IMG/VR virus record: IMGVR_UViG_3300025150_000002
Location: 32,001-96,000 of that record
Length of the DNA: 64,000 bases
Strand: one strand, 5' to 3'
Source of the DNA: a virus
Lineage: Duplodnaviria; Caudoviricetes
The translations under genes and the position numbers were made by a program. The notes beneath the pieces were generated by a model. It made no database searches. It worked only from the letters and a program-made list of their open reading frames with translations, and was not told where the DNA came from. Numbering within the stretch: position 1 is the first letter of the stretch; the number at the start of each line of letters is the position of its first letter. Positions 27,869 to 38,436 of this stretch are shown here, piece after piece.

Positions 27869-28678
27869 ATGGGCTTACTCGACTACGTTGCTGCGCCACG
27901 ACAACGCGTCGCTTATCTCTTCCCTGAAGTTCCAGGTTCGGGAGTTCTGAGCAAACCGCAGCTTCGGTCAGGTGGCGGCGCTCGCCCAACTGCCAGCCTC
28001 AACGATGTGTTCGTCTTTCAGTTCTGGCCCAACCAGGTAACAGACAACTACACCCCGAACTGGGCCACGAAGCAGATTCCTGGCGCTAGTCATCCGCTCT
28101 ACCAGTGGGTGAGCGGAAATGGTCGTGACATCTCGTTCACGGCTAACTTCGTGTCTGAGGTTCGCGAGGACAGCTTCACCGTACAGGGCGCGAGCGCAAA
28201 CAGCTCGTTCACCGCAAGAATACAGGCAGCAAGCGCCGGTTCTGCAGTTCGCGCCCAAGAAACCCTGGGTGCGGCGTTTTTACCGTCGTCACGCTACACA
28301 GTGAATGTGGCTGGCGCCATTGCTGCACTACAGCAGTACCTCTATCCTACCTACTCCGACCACGACGCGAACAAGGGCATCACCAGACCCCCTAAGAAGC
28401 TGGTGCTGGTGCTACCGGGAACCAAACTAGGTCGACAGGAGGGGAACGACGGCATTCTCTGCATCCTGAAGGCGGCGAATGTTACGATGGAGTCGTGGTT
28501 TCCGACCGGCGAGTTAAGGGCCGCATCAGTAGCCCTATCATTCGCGGAGATAATCCAGTACACGTCAGGCGAAGGGACCAACATCCGCTACATTGGCGCC
28601 GAGATCTACGAGGGCCTGGCCGACAAGTACGTAGTAGACAACGTCTCCGTGAGCGCTCCAGCAGACCTATCCTTCTGA
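27869..28678 (+). CDS. tail tube initiator / baseplate-tube adaptor-like protein
   Basis: FQFWPNQVTDNYTPNW...IPGASHPLYQWVSGNGRDISF pattern typical of contractile-tail tube-initiator proteins. Confidence 0.65.
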   Translation: MGLLDYVAAPRQRVAYLFPEVPGSGVLSKPQLRSGGGARPTASLNDVFVFQFWPNQVTDNYTPNWATKQIPGASHPLYQWVSGNGRDISFTANFVSEVREDSFTVQGASANSSFTARIQAASAGSAVRAQETLGAAFLPSSRYTVNVAGAIAALQQYLYPTYSDHDANKGITRPPKKLVLVLPGTKLGRQEGNDGILCILKAANVTMESWFPTGELRAASVALSFAEIIQYTSGEGTNIRYIGAEIYEGLADKYVVDNVSVSAPADLSF

Positions 28679-28687
28679 GGTTAGAAC

Positions 28688-29017
28688 ATGAATCCATTTG
28701 ACACGAGTGTTCGCAGCTACCGGTTCTACGAGCGAGATACGGCTAGTGGTGGCACAGCCCCAAACCTGACGTTGGATTTCGCCGACTGCAAGCTGGTCTT
28801 CATCGATAAGGGAGATGGAAAGACGAACTTCAACAGTCAGGGCGTGATCGTCGCCAATGATCACAACACCAACGAGATACAGTTCTCATTCGACGGCATC
28901 ACCGTCGAAGGCGACCTTCTACCTCAGGAGTCCATGAACTTCTTCACCTTCCGACGAAAGGTGATCTACCTCCGAGGCGAGGCTGGCGCCGAACCGTTCC
29001 GAGTCTGGGCCTGGTAG
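28688..29017 (+). CDS. hypothetical small beta-rich virion-type protein
   Basis: 109-aa ORF ending FRVWAW. Confidence 0.7.
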   Translation: MNPFDTSVRSYRFYERDTASGGTAPNLTLDFADCKLVFIDKGDGKTNFNSQGVIVANDHNTNEIQFSFDGITVEGDLLPQESMNFFTFRRKVIYLRGEAGAEPFRVWAW

Positions 29018-29081
29018 ACGAGTATGTCGATAAGCCTTTGCCCCCTGGTAAGCTATAGGCCGAAAGCCCGAGGACAGTAAC

Positions 29082-31145
29082 ATGCTAAGTCGTGGTGGCG
29101 GCGCAGTCGCATTCCAGAAGGTCGTGAGCAAGGTCTCCGATCTGCCATCTCCTCTGGACGCCGAGCCGGGTTCGCGCATCATCGTCCGAGAGACCGAAGA
29201 GGTCTATGGGCTCAACCACACGACTCGCATGTGGGAGCCCATCGGCACCCTCAAGAAGGTCGGTGGTAAGAGTCCTGAGGAGCTCGGGCGCCACGTTGAT
29301 ACCGAGGGGAACCCGCACAAGACAACGCTTCAGGATGTGCTCGCCGCAGGGCAACAGGCATCCGTTGACGGCGAGATCCTCATCACCGGCAAAGGGGCGT
29401 CGCAGATCCGCCTACTCTCTGGCACATCCGCGTTGCGTGTCGGCCCGGACGTCGGCAACAAGGACGGCGTCTTCTGGATCAACGCAGGGCCTGGCCGAAC
29501 GACCATCCTTCGAGTAGTCAACTCGGATGGGGCTGACCAGGTCGTGCTCGGCAGTGACGGATCACTCACATCGAAGGGAGTTGCGCGCTTCGAAGGTGGA
29601 TTCAAGGGTCCGGCACACTTCGAGGACGCTATCACAGCGGCTGAGGGTGTAAACAGCGCCGAGGGCTATGACCTCGTACTATCGGGCGACAAGGGTGTAA
29701 TGCTGCGAGTTGGGGGCCAGGAGCGAGCTTTGTTCCTGGACGACGGACTAGCCCTGAGGGGTAACTTGTCCGTCAAGGACCTGAGCCTCACCGGACAAGT
29801 TCACGGGAGCATTATCCCGTCCAAGCCCGATCTCAAGCTCGGCGATCCAAACGCGCGATGGTTGGCAGCGTTCGTGGGGTCCATCAATGTTGGCGGTCAG
29901 GTAATGGTGAAGGTGCCAGCCAACAGCAAGGATCACCCATTCCAGATCGTCAGTGACGTTCCCGGCGACAGTGTGGTTCTCACCGCTGGTGGGTCGCTTG
30001 GGCTCGGAACAGACAGCCCGGAGGCCCGCCTCGACGTTCGCGGCCGTGTGCTAGTCGATGGTGGTCTCGCACTGACAGGTTCAGGCCTGGCGTCCAGCGG
30101 TTGGAGTGTTCAGTTTGCCGACACCTTGACCATCGCGCACAACGGCATGCCGGCCATCACGGCCGGTGCTGATGGTACCGTGCTGTCTAGTAACACCAAG
30201 ATAGCTGGCGATCTGGTCGTGGTCGGAAAGCTCGCCCTGGGCAGCCTCTATGGACTCAAGCACGAAGAGATCGAGTTCAAGGGTGGGTCGGCGACCTACC
30301 GGGCCTCGATGCACAAGTTCACCGGGCCGATCAAGGTCGACACCACCGAGCCGCGCCCACTGGATGTCCCCGGTCTAACCGTCGACAACGGCAATCTGCT
30401 CGGCCAAGGCGACATCAAGGGCTGGAAGTCGGCTCAGTTGGATGAGAGTCTCGTGGTCGGCACCACCACGATCGTCAATGGCACAATCGACGCTCCAGAC
30501 GGTCTCACCGTTCGCGGGCCGCGACTCGTCGCCGACACACTTCACCTCCGCAACGGATTGATCAAGTCCCACGCGCTTCGTCTTGAAGGAGCGAATGGTT
30601 CGGCTGAGTTCTCGATGGGCGGCCCGACCTGCGGCCTGACGTTCGAGGGCAAGCGCTGGGAGGTCAATGGCATCAGCCAGTTGACTGCAGACGATGTAAG
30701 CACCAAGGGGCTCAAGGTCGAGGGCGGCGCCATTCTCTGCGGCGGGGCCGCCAACTTTAGCAAGCAGGGCCTCGCACTGACCGGCGTTCTCAGTGTCGGC
30801 GGGCTAGGATTCAAGCGGCTCGAAGAAGACCTTGAGCTCAACGGTGTTCAGGTCGCCACACAGTTCCAGTTGCCGGTCGGGGTTCGGATTGAGGCGGTGG
30901 TCGTCAAGCTCAAGAGCGACGTGTCGGGAGCGAGGTTCCTGCAGGTCGGCGATCTCGCCACGCCTGATCGGTTCGCAAGCCCCAACACGTCTCTGCGGAC
31001 GGGTTCTGTAATCCGTGGCCTCAACCACTGCGACCGAGGTCAGTCCGTCCAACTCACCGAGGGACCAGTTGTGATCTCTTGTGATGCTCCGGCGACCGGT
31101 AAGGTCCACGTCACCGTCTACTTCGTCGACCCAGCGGCGCTCTAG
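29082..31145 (+). CDS. tail fibre-like protein
   Basis: 687 aa, G/V/L-rich beta repeats; LGLGTDSPEARLDVRG fibre motif. Confidence 0.65.
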   Translation: MLSRGGGAVAFQKVVSKVSDLPSPLDAEPGSRIIVRETEEVYGLNHTTRMWEPIGTLKKVGGKSPEELGRHVDTEGNPHKTTLQDVLAAGQQASVDGEILITGKGASQIRLLSGTSALRVGPDVGNKDGVFWINAGPGRTTILRVVNSDGADQVVLGSDGSLTSKGVARFEGGFKGPAHFEDAITAAEGVNSAEGYDLVLSGDKGVMLRVGGQERALFLDDGLALRGNLSVKDLSLTGQVHGSIIPSKPDLKLGDPNARWLAAFVGSINVGGQVMVKVPANSKDHPFQIVSDVPGDSVVLTAGGSLGLGTDSPEARLDVRGRVLVDGGLALTGSGLASSGWSVQFADTLTIAHNGMPAITAGADGTVLSSNTKIAGDLVVVGKLALGSLYGLKHEEIEFKGGSATYRASMHKFTGPIKVDTTEPRPLDVPGLTVDNGNLLGQGDIKGWKSAQLDESLVVGTTTIVNGTIDAPDGLTVRGPRLVADTLHLRNGLIKSHALRLEGANGSAEFSMGGPTCGLTFEGKRWEVNGISQLTADDVSTKGLKVEGGAILCGGAANFSKQGLALTGVLSVGGLGFKRLEEDLELNGVQVATQFQLPVGVRIEAVVVKLKSDVSGARFLQVGDLATPDRFASPNTSLRTGSVIRGLNHCDRGQSVQLTEGPVVISCDAPATGKVHVTVYFVDPAAL

Positions 31146-31215
31146 CCTCGGATCGACGATGCTTAGGGGGCCCTCGACTCTCTGAAATCGATAGACTGGA
31201 GGTCCAGGAAAAGTT

Positions 31216-31671
31216 ATGGGCACCTTCGGTCTCGGCGGTCTACACAGGAAAAGCACTTGGCTCTACCCAGTACCCACGGCTGCGTTTCTGCCGCCTACAG
31301 CCATTGATGGTGCCGTAGCTGTCGCCCTCGATACCAATGTCGGCTACCAATAGTACGCGGCACTCCCGGGATGGATCGCCTTTTCCGGCGGCGGCGGCGG
31401 CGCCGGCACTAGAACATTCAACGAAATCCTTACAGGGACCATCAACGGCATCAACACGGTATTCACGACAACTGTTGATTTCGTGGCTAACTCGGAGTCG
31501 GTTTACTTCAACGGGGTGAGACAACACCCAGGCGCATCAAACGATTACATTATCTCGGAGTCGGGCGGAGTAGGTACCGGATACGACACAGTGACGTTAG
31601 TTGTGGCCCCACGAGCAAGACCAAGTCCTAAGGTCGATGACCGGGTTACGATAGATTACGAACCCGCGTAG
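31216..31671 (+). pseudogene. virion-type protein interrupted by one in-frame TAG (31351-31353); nonsense allele or readthrough
   Basis: ATG 31216 is in frame with the 31483 ORF; reads ...DTNVGYQ*YAALPGW...; C-terminal half has FNEILTGTINGINTVF...YFNGVRQ fibre-type motif. Confidence 0.65.
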
Positions 31672-31685
31672 GAGTGGTGTAAAAA

Positions 31686-32759
31686 ATGTCCAGGACATTC
31701 ATCCGTCAAGACACGCAGATTCAGTCGAGTGATGCTTACGACGATACCGTCGCTCCCTCGCTGGCGAACTTCGAGACAAATCCGACGCACATCGAAACGG
31801 ACCTCAACAACGTCCGGTCGATGCTATCGCACCTGCTCGACGTTCAAGTCGGTAATTGGTATGACGTTATCTCGACGCCGGTCACACTAGAAACCGGCTC
31901 GCAACGAGGCGTCAGTGACCTCAACACCGCGCTGCACCTGGTCGAGAAGAAGCGCATTCTGCGGGACGTCTGCAATCTCGTGGACATCACCGTTCCGGCT
32001 TCTGTTACGGCTACGAGCTCGATCGTCACTGATGTCCAGGCAAACTACACGGACGGACAGACGTTCGCACTGATTGATGCGACCGGTCAGACCATCACGT
32101 TCGAGTTTGACACAGTTCCCAACGGGGTCGGCGGTGGCAACACAGCTGTTGACATTTCCGGAGACACTACGGCCGACAACGTCCGAGACTCGATCATCTC
32201 GGCGATCAACGGTGTCGGCGGCACACTACTCATAACCGCCGGCATCGGCGGTGCCGGAACTGTCTCGTTGACGCAAGACGTCGGCGGTTCGAGCGGTAAC
32301 ACGAACGTTGCCACGACCGGCGGCCCTCCCGGCACCTACAACGCTTTCACTGGCGGAACTGGTGACGTGGTCATCCTCGGGACTGGCGAGCTTCCGACCC
32401 AGACAACCGCCGCCGTAGGTGCTGTCACGACTCTGGGAACCGTCGTAGCGGCCCACACGGGGATCTTCGGGAACATCACTCTCGACGAGGTTTCGGGACC
32501 TAACGCCGTCCAGCCCAAGAACCTGATGCAGATCGTGGACGGGAATACCAGGGACCCGATTCTGTCGTCGAGCCGCACCGTTTACGGCCTGCTGCAGGGC
32601 GAGTCTGGTGTTGTCGACGGCGCGACCATTACAGACACAACCACCACACGAGTTCAGATCAGTTTTGTGCGGATCACCTCCAACGGTTCGGACCTGGAGC
32701 GTGTTCCGGCATCAGATATCGCTGGAATGACAATCAACTACTGCACCCGCGAGCGGTGA
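31686..32759 (+). CDS. virion structural protein
   Basis: 357 aa, T/G/V-rich; TITFEFD...GNTAVDI module. Confidence 0.7.
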   Translation: MSRTFIRQDTQIQSSDAYDDTVAPSLANFETNPTHIETDLNNVRSMLSHLLDVQVGNWYDVISTPVTLETGSQRGVSDLNTALHLVEKKRILRDVCNLVDITVPASVTATSSIVTDVQANYTDGQTFALIDATGQTITFEFDTVPNGVGGGNTAVDISGDTTADNVRDSIISAINGVGGTLLITAGIGGAGTVSLTQDVGGSSGNTNVATTGGPPGTYNAFTGGTGDVVILGTGELPTQTTAAVGAVTTLGTVVAAHTGIFGNITLDEVSGPNAVQPKNLMQIVDGNTRDPILSSSRTVYGLLQGESGVVDGATITDTTTTRVQISFVRITSNGSDLERVPASDIAGMTINYCTRER

Positions 32760-32847
32760 TGCGTCCAACGAGGCAATCATAGACTTGTCGCATGGAAAGG
32801 TCGGCGACGAGAACGACATCGTGCCGCCCGGTGGGTTCTGGAGAGCT

Positions 32848-33516
32848 ATGGGACACAGTCGATACTACCCAACGCCGACCAACCCGTTCGGGCTATGGGG
32901 GACACACTCCGCTGACCTTTCAGGATATGTTCCCATCGTCACCGTAAACGAGATCGAAAAGATCGAGCGGGGTTACGCGACGTCTACCGGTGGTGACTAC
33001 GAGATCGACTACAAAGCTGGGACCTTGACCTTCTACGAAGGAGTCGAGGCCGATGACGTTGTTTCGGTCACCTATTTCTACGTCGACGGCACTGGTGAGG
33101 GAAAGCTACTTGTTGCGCCTGGTGCAGGTAAAAAGTTCTTGATCGACAAAATCGAGATCCAAACAACAACCGATGTGGTCATTAAGGCTGACATGGTCAG
33201 CAATGTTTACGTCGACTCTAGTGTGTTCGGTCTTCCGCCCGGCACTCCGATGGCAGGGCGTCGCCCGACGATCCTCAAGAACTTCAAAGACGTTCACAAC
33301 TGGGCTCATCTGATACATCCAGAGAGTCAAGCACAAGCGGCTAATGACCCGCGCGGGCTCCCAGCCGCTGTTAGAGTCCACGAGGTTCGTTATCTCTCTG
33401 AGATCCCGTTGCTTTCGTCAATGGGCGCTACCCTGAAGACGGCGATCGTTGGCAACGTCCCGTTCGAGGGAACCTGGGCCTCGGTGGTCATTTACGGCAT
33501 CACCGATGTTGAGTAA
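32848..33516 (+). CDS. hypothetical virion-type protein
   Basis: GGAG RBS before ATG 32848; YEIDYKAGTLTF motif. Confidence 0.65.
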   Translation: MGHSRYYPTPTNPFGLWGTHSADLSGYVPIVTVNEIEKIERGYATSTGGDYEIDYKAGTLTFYEGVEADDVVSVTYFYVDGTGEGKLLVAPGAGKKFLIDKIEIQTTTDVVIKADMVSNVYVDSSVFGLPPGTPMAGRRPTILKNFKDVHNWAHLIHPESQAQAANDPRGLPAAVRVHEVRYLSEIPLLSSMGATLKTAIVGNVPFEGTWASVVIYGITDVE

Positions 33517-33567
33517 TAGCTCATGGTCGTCAAATAGAGCACCGGTTACCTTCTAGTCCAGCCCATG

Positions 33568-33582
33568 TGAGTCTGTTAGAAT
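33568..33582 (+). promoter_or_regulatory. TGAGTCT-N3-AGAAT motif copy 2
   Basis: TGAGTCTGTTAGAAT, 43 nt before ATG 33611. Confidence 0.55.
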
Positions 33583-33610
33583 CCCATACACCACTGATGC
33601 TGGACCCAAC

Positions 33611-33895
33611 ATGAACATCGAAACCATGCCTGGTCAGATCGTCGCCCTGAAGCTCTCCGCTTCGGACAAGCACCGCCTCGTAGCGAAGGCCCTCGAAGCC
33701 GAGATCGCCAAGAAAAAGGCGAACCTGGCTCACGCCGAGTGGCAGATGGCAACTGCTGTGTCCGAAGCCGCAGGCGACGCCATGGCCGCCAGATTGAAAG
33801 TGCCCCAGGAGGCACAGGACGTTACGATCGACCTGAACGAGGGCGTCATTCGGTATCGTATGCCCGGCGTCCCGCCAGTGGTCCACGAAGGCTAA
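33611..33895 (+). CDS. small coiled-coil hypothetical protein
   Basis: 94-aa Ala-rich helical ORF. Confidence 0.65.
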   Translation: MNIETMPGQIVALKLSASDKHRLVAKALEAEIAKKKANLAHAEWQMATAVSEAAGDAMAARLKVPQEAQDVTIDLNEGVIRYRMPGVPPVVHEG

Positions 33896-33907
33896 CGAGG
33901 TCACTCC

Positions 33908-36850
33908 ATGGCTACTACCAAGCAAGTACTTCGTCTTCAGAGTGACCAGACACTAGACGATCCACAAATCGCCACGCGTATACGGCTCAAGGATTTGGCC
34001 GCTACGAGAGCTATCCAGCTTGTTTGGATCGAGCCGGCGGCGGCCGACCGGGACATCACGTTCAAGGACCCTGGCGCGAACGACTCAGTGGTCTACGAGA
34101 ACCTGGCCCAGCCTCTCAACAACAAGACGCTCGGCACCCCGACCATCACGGACTTCACCGACGCCCAGCACACCCACGCTAGCGCGGCGCAGGGTGGGAC
34201 GGTGGCCCATTCCGACATTGGCACTCCAGACGCCGCAGATGACCACCAGCAGTACGCTAGGCTGGCGGGCCGCGTTGGTGGGCAAGTCCTGATCGGCGGT
34301 AGTGCGGCCTCGGAGAACCTGTCCCTGCAGTCGACTTCTGACGCCGCGCGCGGCGACATCATCGCGATCGACGACATCGTGATGGGAACCGGTAAGGAGG
34401 TCACTGGGCTTCCCGCGACACCCAGCGGGCCAACCGCTGCTGCGTCAAAGGCTTATGTCGACCTGGCCATCTCCGGCGGAGCTTCGTGGAAGGAAGTTCT
34501 CCTCACATCGGACCAGCTAGACAACACGAACGATGGAATAGCCCAAGGTGTCGCGTTCTACCTCGTCAACACCGCCCAGATCGGTGACTCGATCACACTA
34601 GACGACGATATCGCAACCGAATCGTGGGTGTTCGCGGGCGTCTCAGCACCTAACCAGCCGGCAGTCGGTGCAAGCGCTCTTGACTCGATGACCGACCTGG
34701 CGGCCCGTATCAATGCCGACTCCGCCACCTGGGCCGCAAGCCTCTTCACCGGCACACTACAGGGGATCAACTCTGCGACCGGTGATGTGGTCGTTATCTA
34801 CAGGCGAATTCCGGCTGCCGCTACTATGGACCGTGTGTTTGGCGTTTTCGCCACCCCGGCCGATGCTCAGTACGTCGACTTCGGCGGCGCGTCTGACTAC
34901 CGTAGCAGCATCAGCGCCAACCTGCCGGCTGTGGATCCCACAACCGCCAACTTCGGCATCGGTCGTGTTACCTCTGGTTTGACGCCGAACGAGGCACACC
35001 TGGTTCGGGCCGAGGACAGCGCCTACATCTGGAACGATGACGCTGGGGTTTGGCAGCTCAGCGCTGGTGCTGTGGCGCTGGCCACGTCTGGATCGGGCGG
35101 CGGTGTTATCGGCCAGTCGACCTTTGACTCCGACAAGGGTCTTTTGGTCGCCGGAGGTGTGGCCGAGGTCCGAGTCGATAACTCGACAATCACTTTCACG
35201 GCTGGTCAGCTCTCTGTTGCTGGTGGAGCTGTTCCCTTTGGAACCTCCGGTTCTGGTGGTGCTATCGCCGGTAAGGTCACAGCAGACTCTGATAAGGGAC
35301 TGGAGATCACTGGCGGTCCAGCAAACGCCATCTTGGCTACCAAGGTGGACGGCATCACGATCACACACAACCTAAGCGGTGAGCTCTCGGCGAGCGGCTC
35401 TCCGCTCGCTCCCACCGGAAGTGTTTCTCACGGCGTACTCCTGACCCGTGACATTGGTGGCGTCGCGGCCCCTACTGCTACCTTCATCTCCACAGACATT
35501 CCGGTTCAAGACTACATCGACGGTTCTACAACCGGTCAGTTGTTCGATTTCGTTGTGCCAACCGACTACGACGGCGGTGATATCGAGCTCCTAGCCTCGT
35601 ATCAGATGACCACCGCCTTCGCCGGCGCCATCGTACTGGAGACCTACGCCAAGATCGTCAAGGCGTCTACCGGATCTGTAGACACCGTTACTTTCCCGCC
35701 CGTCTCCGCGCTTCTGAGCCCTCCTGTGACGACGGACCTAACTCGTAGCATCATCAAGACACTACCAAACCCGTCTGGCGCCAATTACCAGCGCGGCGAC
35801 ACCATCCAGTTCTATGTCAAGCGACTGGGCGCCGACGGCAGTGATGCCCACACCGGCGATTGGCGCGTCGCCGCTTTCGCCTACCGCTATACAGGCCAAG
35901 TCAGCACACGGCTCATGGAGCCGGTTTCAGACATCTTTACGCCGGTTACCGGTGTCCCGTCCCCGTCTATTGACCTCTTCTCCACTGACATCCCAGTGCT
36001 CACCTTCTCCGACGGCACGGACCAGGCTACAGCAGCCCTATTCGTCGTCCCGGACAACTGGGATGGTATTAGCGACGCATTGTTTCGGGTTCAGTACGCG
36101 CTCGACACAGCAGCGGGCGGAACGGTCCGCCTCAACACCTTGGTCAAAGTAGCGGACGTTGCTGGGGGCGCGGTTGTTGTGCTACCAGCCATCGACTTCG
36201 ACCGCACAGTAACAGCCGACACCGACCCGCACAGGACCGAGATCATCAGGTCAGTGCCTGGCGCCTCGATGACGCCTGGTAGCGTCATCCAGATAATCAT
36301 CACACGTGACACGTCGGTCGGTGGTAACGCAGCAGCTGGGTTCCAGCTCATCAACGGCACACTGGCCTTTGGTGTCACGCCTGTCTCCGGGATCTCCGCG
36401 ACCGGCGAGTATTACCTGGACGACCCGGTCGTTGGAAACCTCTCCGGAACCGTGTTCGCAGACTGGCAGTATCCTGCCTACGGAGGTGACTTCGAGCAGT
36501 TCTTCCGCATGCGCTCTACGGCTGCGGCCGGCGTTGTCCACGTCGCATTTGCGGGCCGCCTGGGAACAAGCCAGGCGACCATCGACCAGATAGCCGTGAA
36601 CGTCAAAGGTGTCGACACAGGCACAGTTCAGTACCAGATTCACATCTACGCAGAGGGCTCTGGCGCTGTCCCCGTCTATTCCTCAGTAGCTGCGACACCT
36701 CCTGGGGCGTCGACCTTGGTAGCGATCACTGGAACCTCGCTGAGCGCACAGCCGACCGTCGGTAAGCGGTTCTTCGTAGTCGTTGAGGCTACTGCGATGG
36801 CTAACGGCGAAGAAGTCCTGGTGAGCAAGCCTCTGGTCAGGGTGTCGTAA
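33908..36850 (+). CDS. large virion structural / fibre protein
   Basis: 980 aa; AASKAYVD fibre motif, VDNSTI/VDGITI repeats, two similar C-terminal beta-sandwich repeats. Confidence 0.75.
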   Translation: MATTKQVLRLQSDQTLDDPQIATRIRLKDLAATRAIQLVWIEPAAADRDITFKDPGANDSVVYENLAQPLNNKTLGTPTITDFTDAQHTHASAAQGGTVAHSDIGTPDAADDHQQYARLAGRVGGQVLIGGSAASENLSLQSTSDAARGDIIAIDDIVMGTGKEVTGLPATPSGPTAAASKAYVDLAISGGASWKEVLLTSDQLDNTNDGIAQGVAFYLVNTAQIGDSITLDDDIATESWVFAGVSAPNQPAVGASALDSMTDLAARINADSATWAASLFTGTLQGINSATGDVVVIYRRIPAAATMDRVFGVFATPADAQYVDFGGASDYRSSISANLPAVDPTTANFGIGRVTSGLTPNEAHLVRAEDSAYIWNDDAGVWQLSAGAVALATSGSGGGVIGQSTFDSDKGLLVAGGVAEVRVDNSTITFTAGQLSVAGGAVPFGTSGSGGAIAGKVTADSDKGLEITGGPANAILATKVDGITITHNLSGELSASGSPLAPTGSVSHGVLLTRDIGGVAAPTATFISTDIPVQDYIDGSTTGQLFDFVVPTDYDGGDIELLASYQMTTAFAGAIVLETYAKIVKASTGSVDTVTFPPVSALLSPPVTTDLTRSIIKTLPNPSGANYQRGDTIQFYVKRLGADGSDAHTGDWRVAAFAYRYTGQVSTRLMEPVSDIFTPVTGVPSPSIDLFSTDIPVLTFSDGTDQATAALFVVPDNWDGISDALFRVQYALDTAAGGTVRLNTLVKVADVAGGAVVVLPAIDFDRTVTADTDPHRTEIIRSVPGASMTPGSVIQIIITRDTSVGGNAAAGFQLINGTLAFGVTPVSGISATGEYYLDDPVVGNLSGTVFADWQYPAYGGDFEQFFRMRSTAAAGVVHVAFAGRLGTSQATIDQIAVNVKGVDTGTVQYQIHIYAEGSGAVPVYSSVAATPPGASTLVAITGTSLSAQPTVGKRFFVVVEATAMANGEEVLVSKPLVRVS

Positions 36851-36899
36851 CACGCCCCCTTGTATAGTGTTGCGTTGGTAGTCATACTTGAAACCAGGT

Positions 36900-37379
36900 A
36901 TGACTCATAACGAACTAGTCAAGATCGCCAAGAAATGGCTTATCAAGGCCAGAGCATGCGTCGTCGTTCTTACAGAGACTCAGGCCCAAAGTGGGGAAAT
37001 CCCTGATGTCATCGGATGGCGGGGTCAACTCTCGATTCTGATTGAGTGCAAAACATCGGTGACCGACTTCCGCCGCGATCTGTCGAAGTGGTATCGAAAT
37101 TCAGGTCCGGGAATAGGTCAGCATCGGTATTTCATGGCGCCGAAGGGTGTTATTCCCCAAGATGAAGTTCCCCCGGGATGGGGACTCCTTGAGGTATCTG
37201 GCGATACGGTCAAGACCACCAGGAAGGTCGACCTTCTCTACCTGGACGAGCATGTCTCGGCGGCCGAAGTTCCACTACTTGTGGCGGCCCTGAGGCGCAC
37301 GTCGATGCGCGCATCAACAGCTAGAAACCACAAAAAAAAGGGGTATAGTCGGTCTCAGCAAAGGAGCTCATCGAAATGA
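36900..37379 (+). CDS. PD-(D/E)xK nuclease-fold protein (MmcB-like)
   Basis: EIPDVIGW...LIECKTSVTDFRRD...GQHRYFMAP. Confidence 0.7.
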   Translation: MTHNELVKIAKKWLIKARACVVVLTETQAQSGEIPDVIGWRGQLSILIECKTSVTDFRRDLSKWYRNSGPGIGQHRYFMAPKGVIPQDEVPPGWGLLEVSGDTVKTTRKVDLLYLDEHVSAAEVPLLVAALRRTSMRASTARNHKKKGYSRSQQRSSSK

Positions 37380-37693
37380 AGGAAGCACTAGCAGGTCTCA
37401 TTGGGTCCAAGAAGGCGCTCGCCGCCATCGGTGGAGCAGCCGCTTCCGCCCTGGCACTCTTGGCAAGCAAGTACGGCTATGGTCTGGATGCTGCAGCTAC
37501 CCAGACATTGATCCAGTCGATCCTCGGCCTCGTAGGCCTCTACATCGTCGGACAGGGCGCTGCTGACTGGGGCAAGGAGAAGGCCAAGGTCGAGGCCGCA
37601 GCAATGGAGTTCGCCATGAAGGCTCACAAGCTGGAGCTGGACGAGCTCGAAGCGGACGACGATGATCTCAAGGTACTGACCGAGGACATCTAG
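37376..37693 (+). CDS. holin-like membrane protein
   Basis: Two hydrophobic helices followed by a charged tail; AAGGAG RBS. Confidence 0.55.
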   Translation: MKEALAGLIGSKKALAAIGGAAASALALLASKYGYGLDAAATQTLIQSILGLVGLYIVGQGAADWGKEKAKVEAAAMEFAMKAHKLELDELEADDDDLKVLTEDI

Positions 37694-37839
37694 ATCGTGG
37701 GAATCTTCTTTTGCGGGACGGAAGGGTGCGCCGGCTACTTCTGCAGCGTCGACATGTCCTTCCGACCACACGCGCTCCACTGTGAGCACTACGTAGCGCC
37801 ACAGAACGCCCCTGAGGCGCCGTCTCAGGTCGAGGGAGT

Positions 37840-38343
37840 CTAGTCCTCCTTCGCCGGCTGCCAGCGCCCTGCGAGGACGTCTCTGATCCATGTCAGGGCG
37901 TCCTCGTAGCTCATCATGCGGCCCGCAAAACTCTGGTAATCAGACAAGGCCTTGGCAACGCCTTCGGGCGAAACCTGAAGCCCACGCCGACGATACTCCT
38001 GGATTTGGAGATACCAGCCACGTAGCTCCTCGTCCCGCATGAAGGAGAGGTCCGTCAAGTAACGCCCAAGCCACTTGGTGAGCCCCATATCGAGCTGTCG
38101 CTGAGCGTGAAGCTGTTCATGCAACATGATGGCGTGGAACAGCGGCGATCCTGGAGGATGCTTCTCCAACCACTCGTCGAGGTCCCTCACGTAACAGGAC
38201 TTTCCGAGCGTTGTGATCCCGGTCCCAGGACGCATGACGCTCTCGCGTATCTGCTCTAGGGGCCGATACTGTGAGTCGAGCTTGTGGGCATGGCTGCAGC
38301 CACTGACCAACAGAACGACCATTATGAGCAATCTCCGCATCAC
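37840..38343 (-). CDS. lipoprotein with HExxH zincin motif
   Basis: Signal peptide with lipobox LVSG-C; IMLHEQLHAQRQ. Confidence 0.65.
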   Translation of the reverse strand: MMRRLLIMVVLLVSGCSHAHKLDSQYRPLEQIRESVMRPGTGITTLGKSCYVRDLDEWLEKHPPGSPLFHAIMLHEQLHAQRQLDMGLTKWLGRYLTDLSFMRDEELRGWYLQIQEYRRRGLQVSPEGVAKALSDYQSFAGRMMSYEDALTWIRDVLAGRWQPAKED

Positions 38344-38436
38344 TCACCTCTGTGGTCATCCTATCATCGATAACTGTACAAACAGAAACGGCGGACCGAA
38401 GTCCGCCGTTTCCAGACACCACAAGGAGCAGATCGC

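Noticed and set aside
32751-32847. Frameshift joining 31686-32759 to the next ORF
   Set aside because: The downstream gene has its own GGAG RBS and ATG at 32848; no slippery site or matched codon pair was evident.
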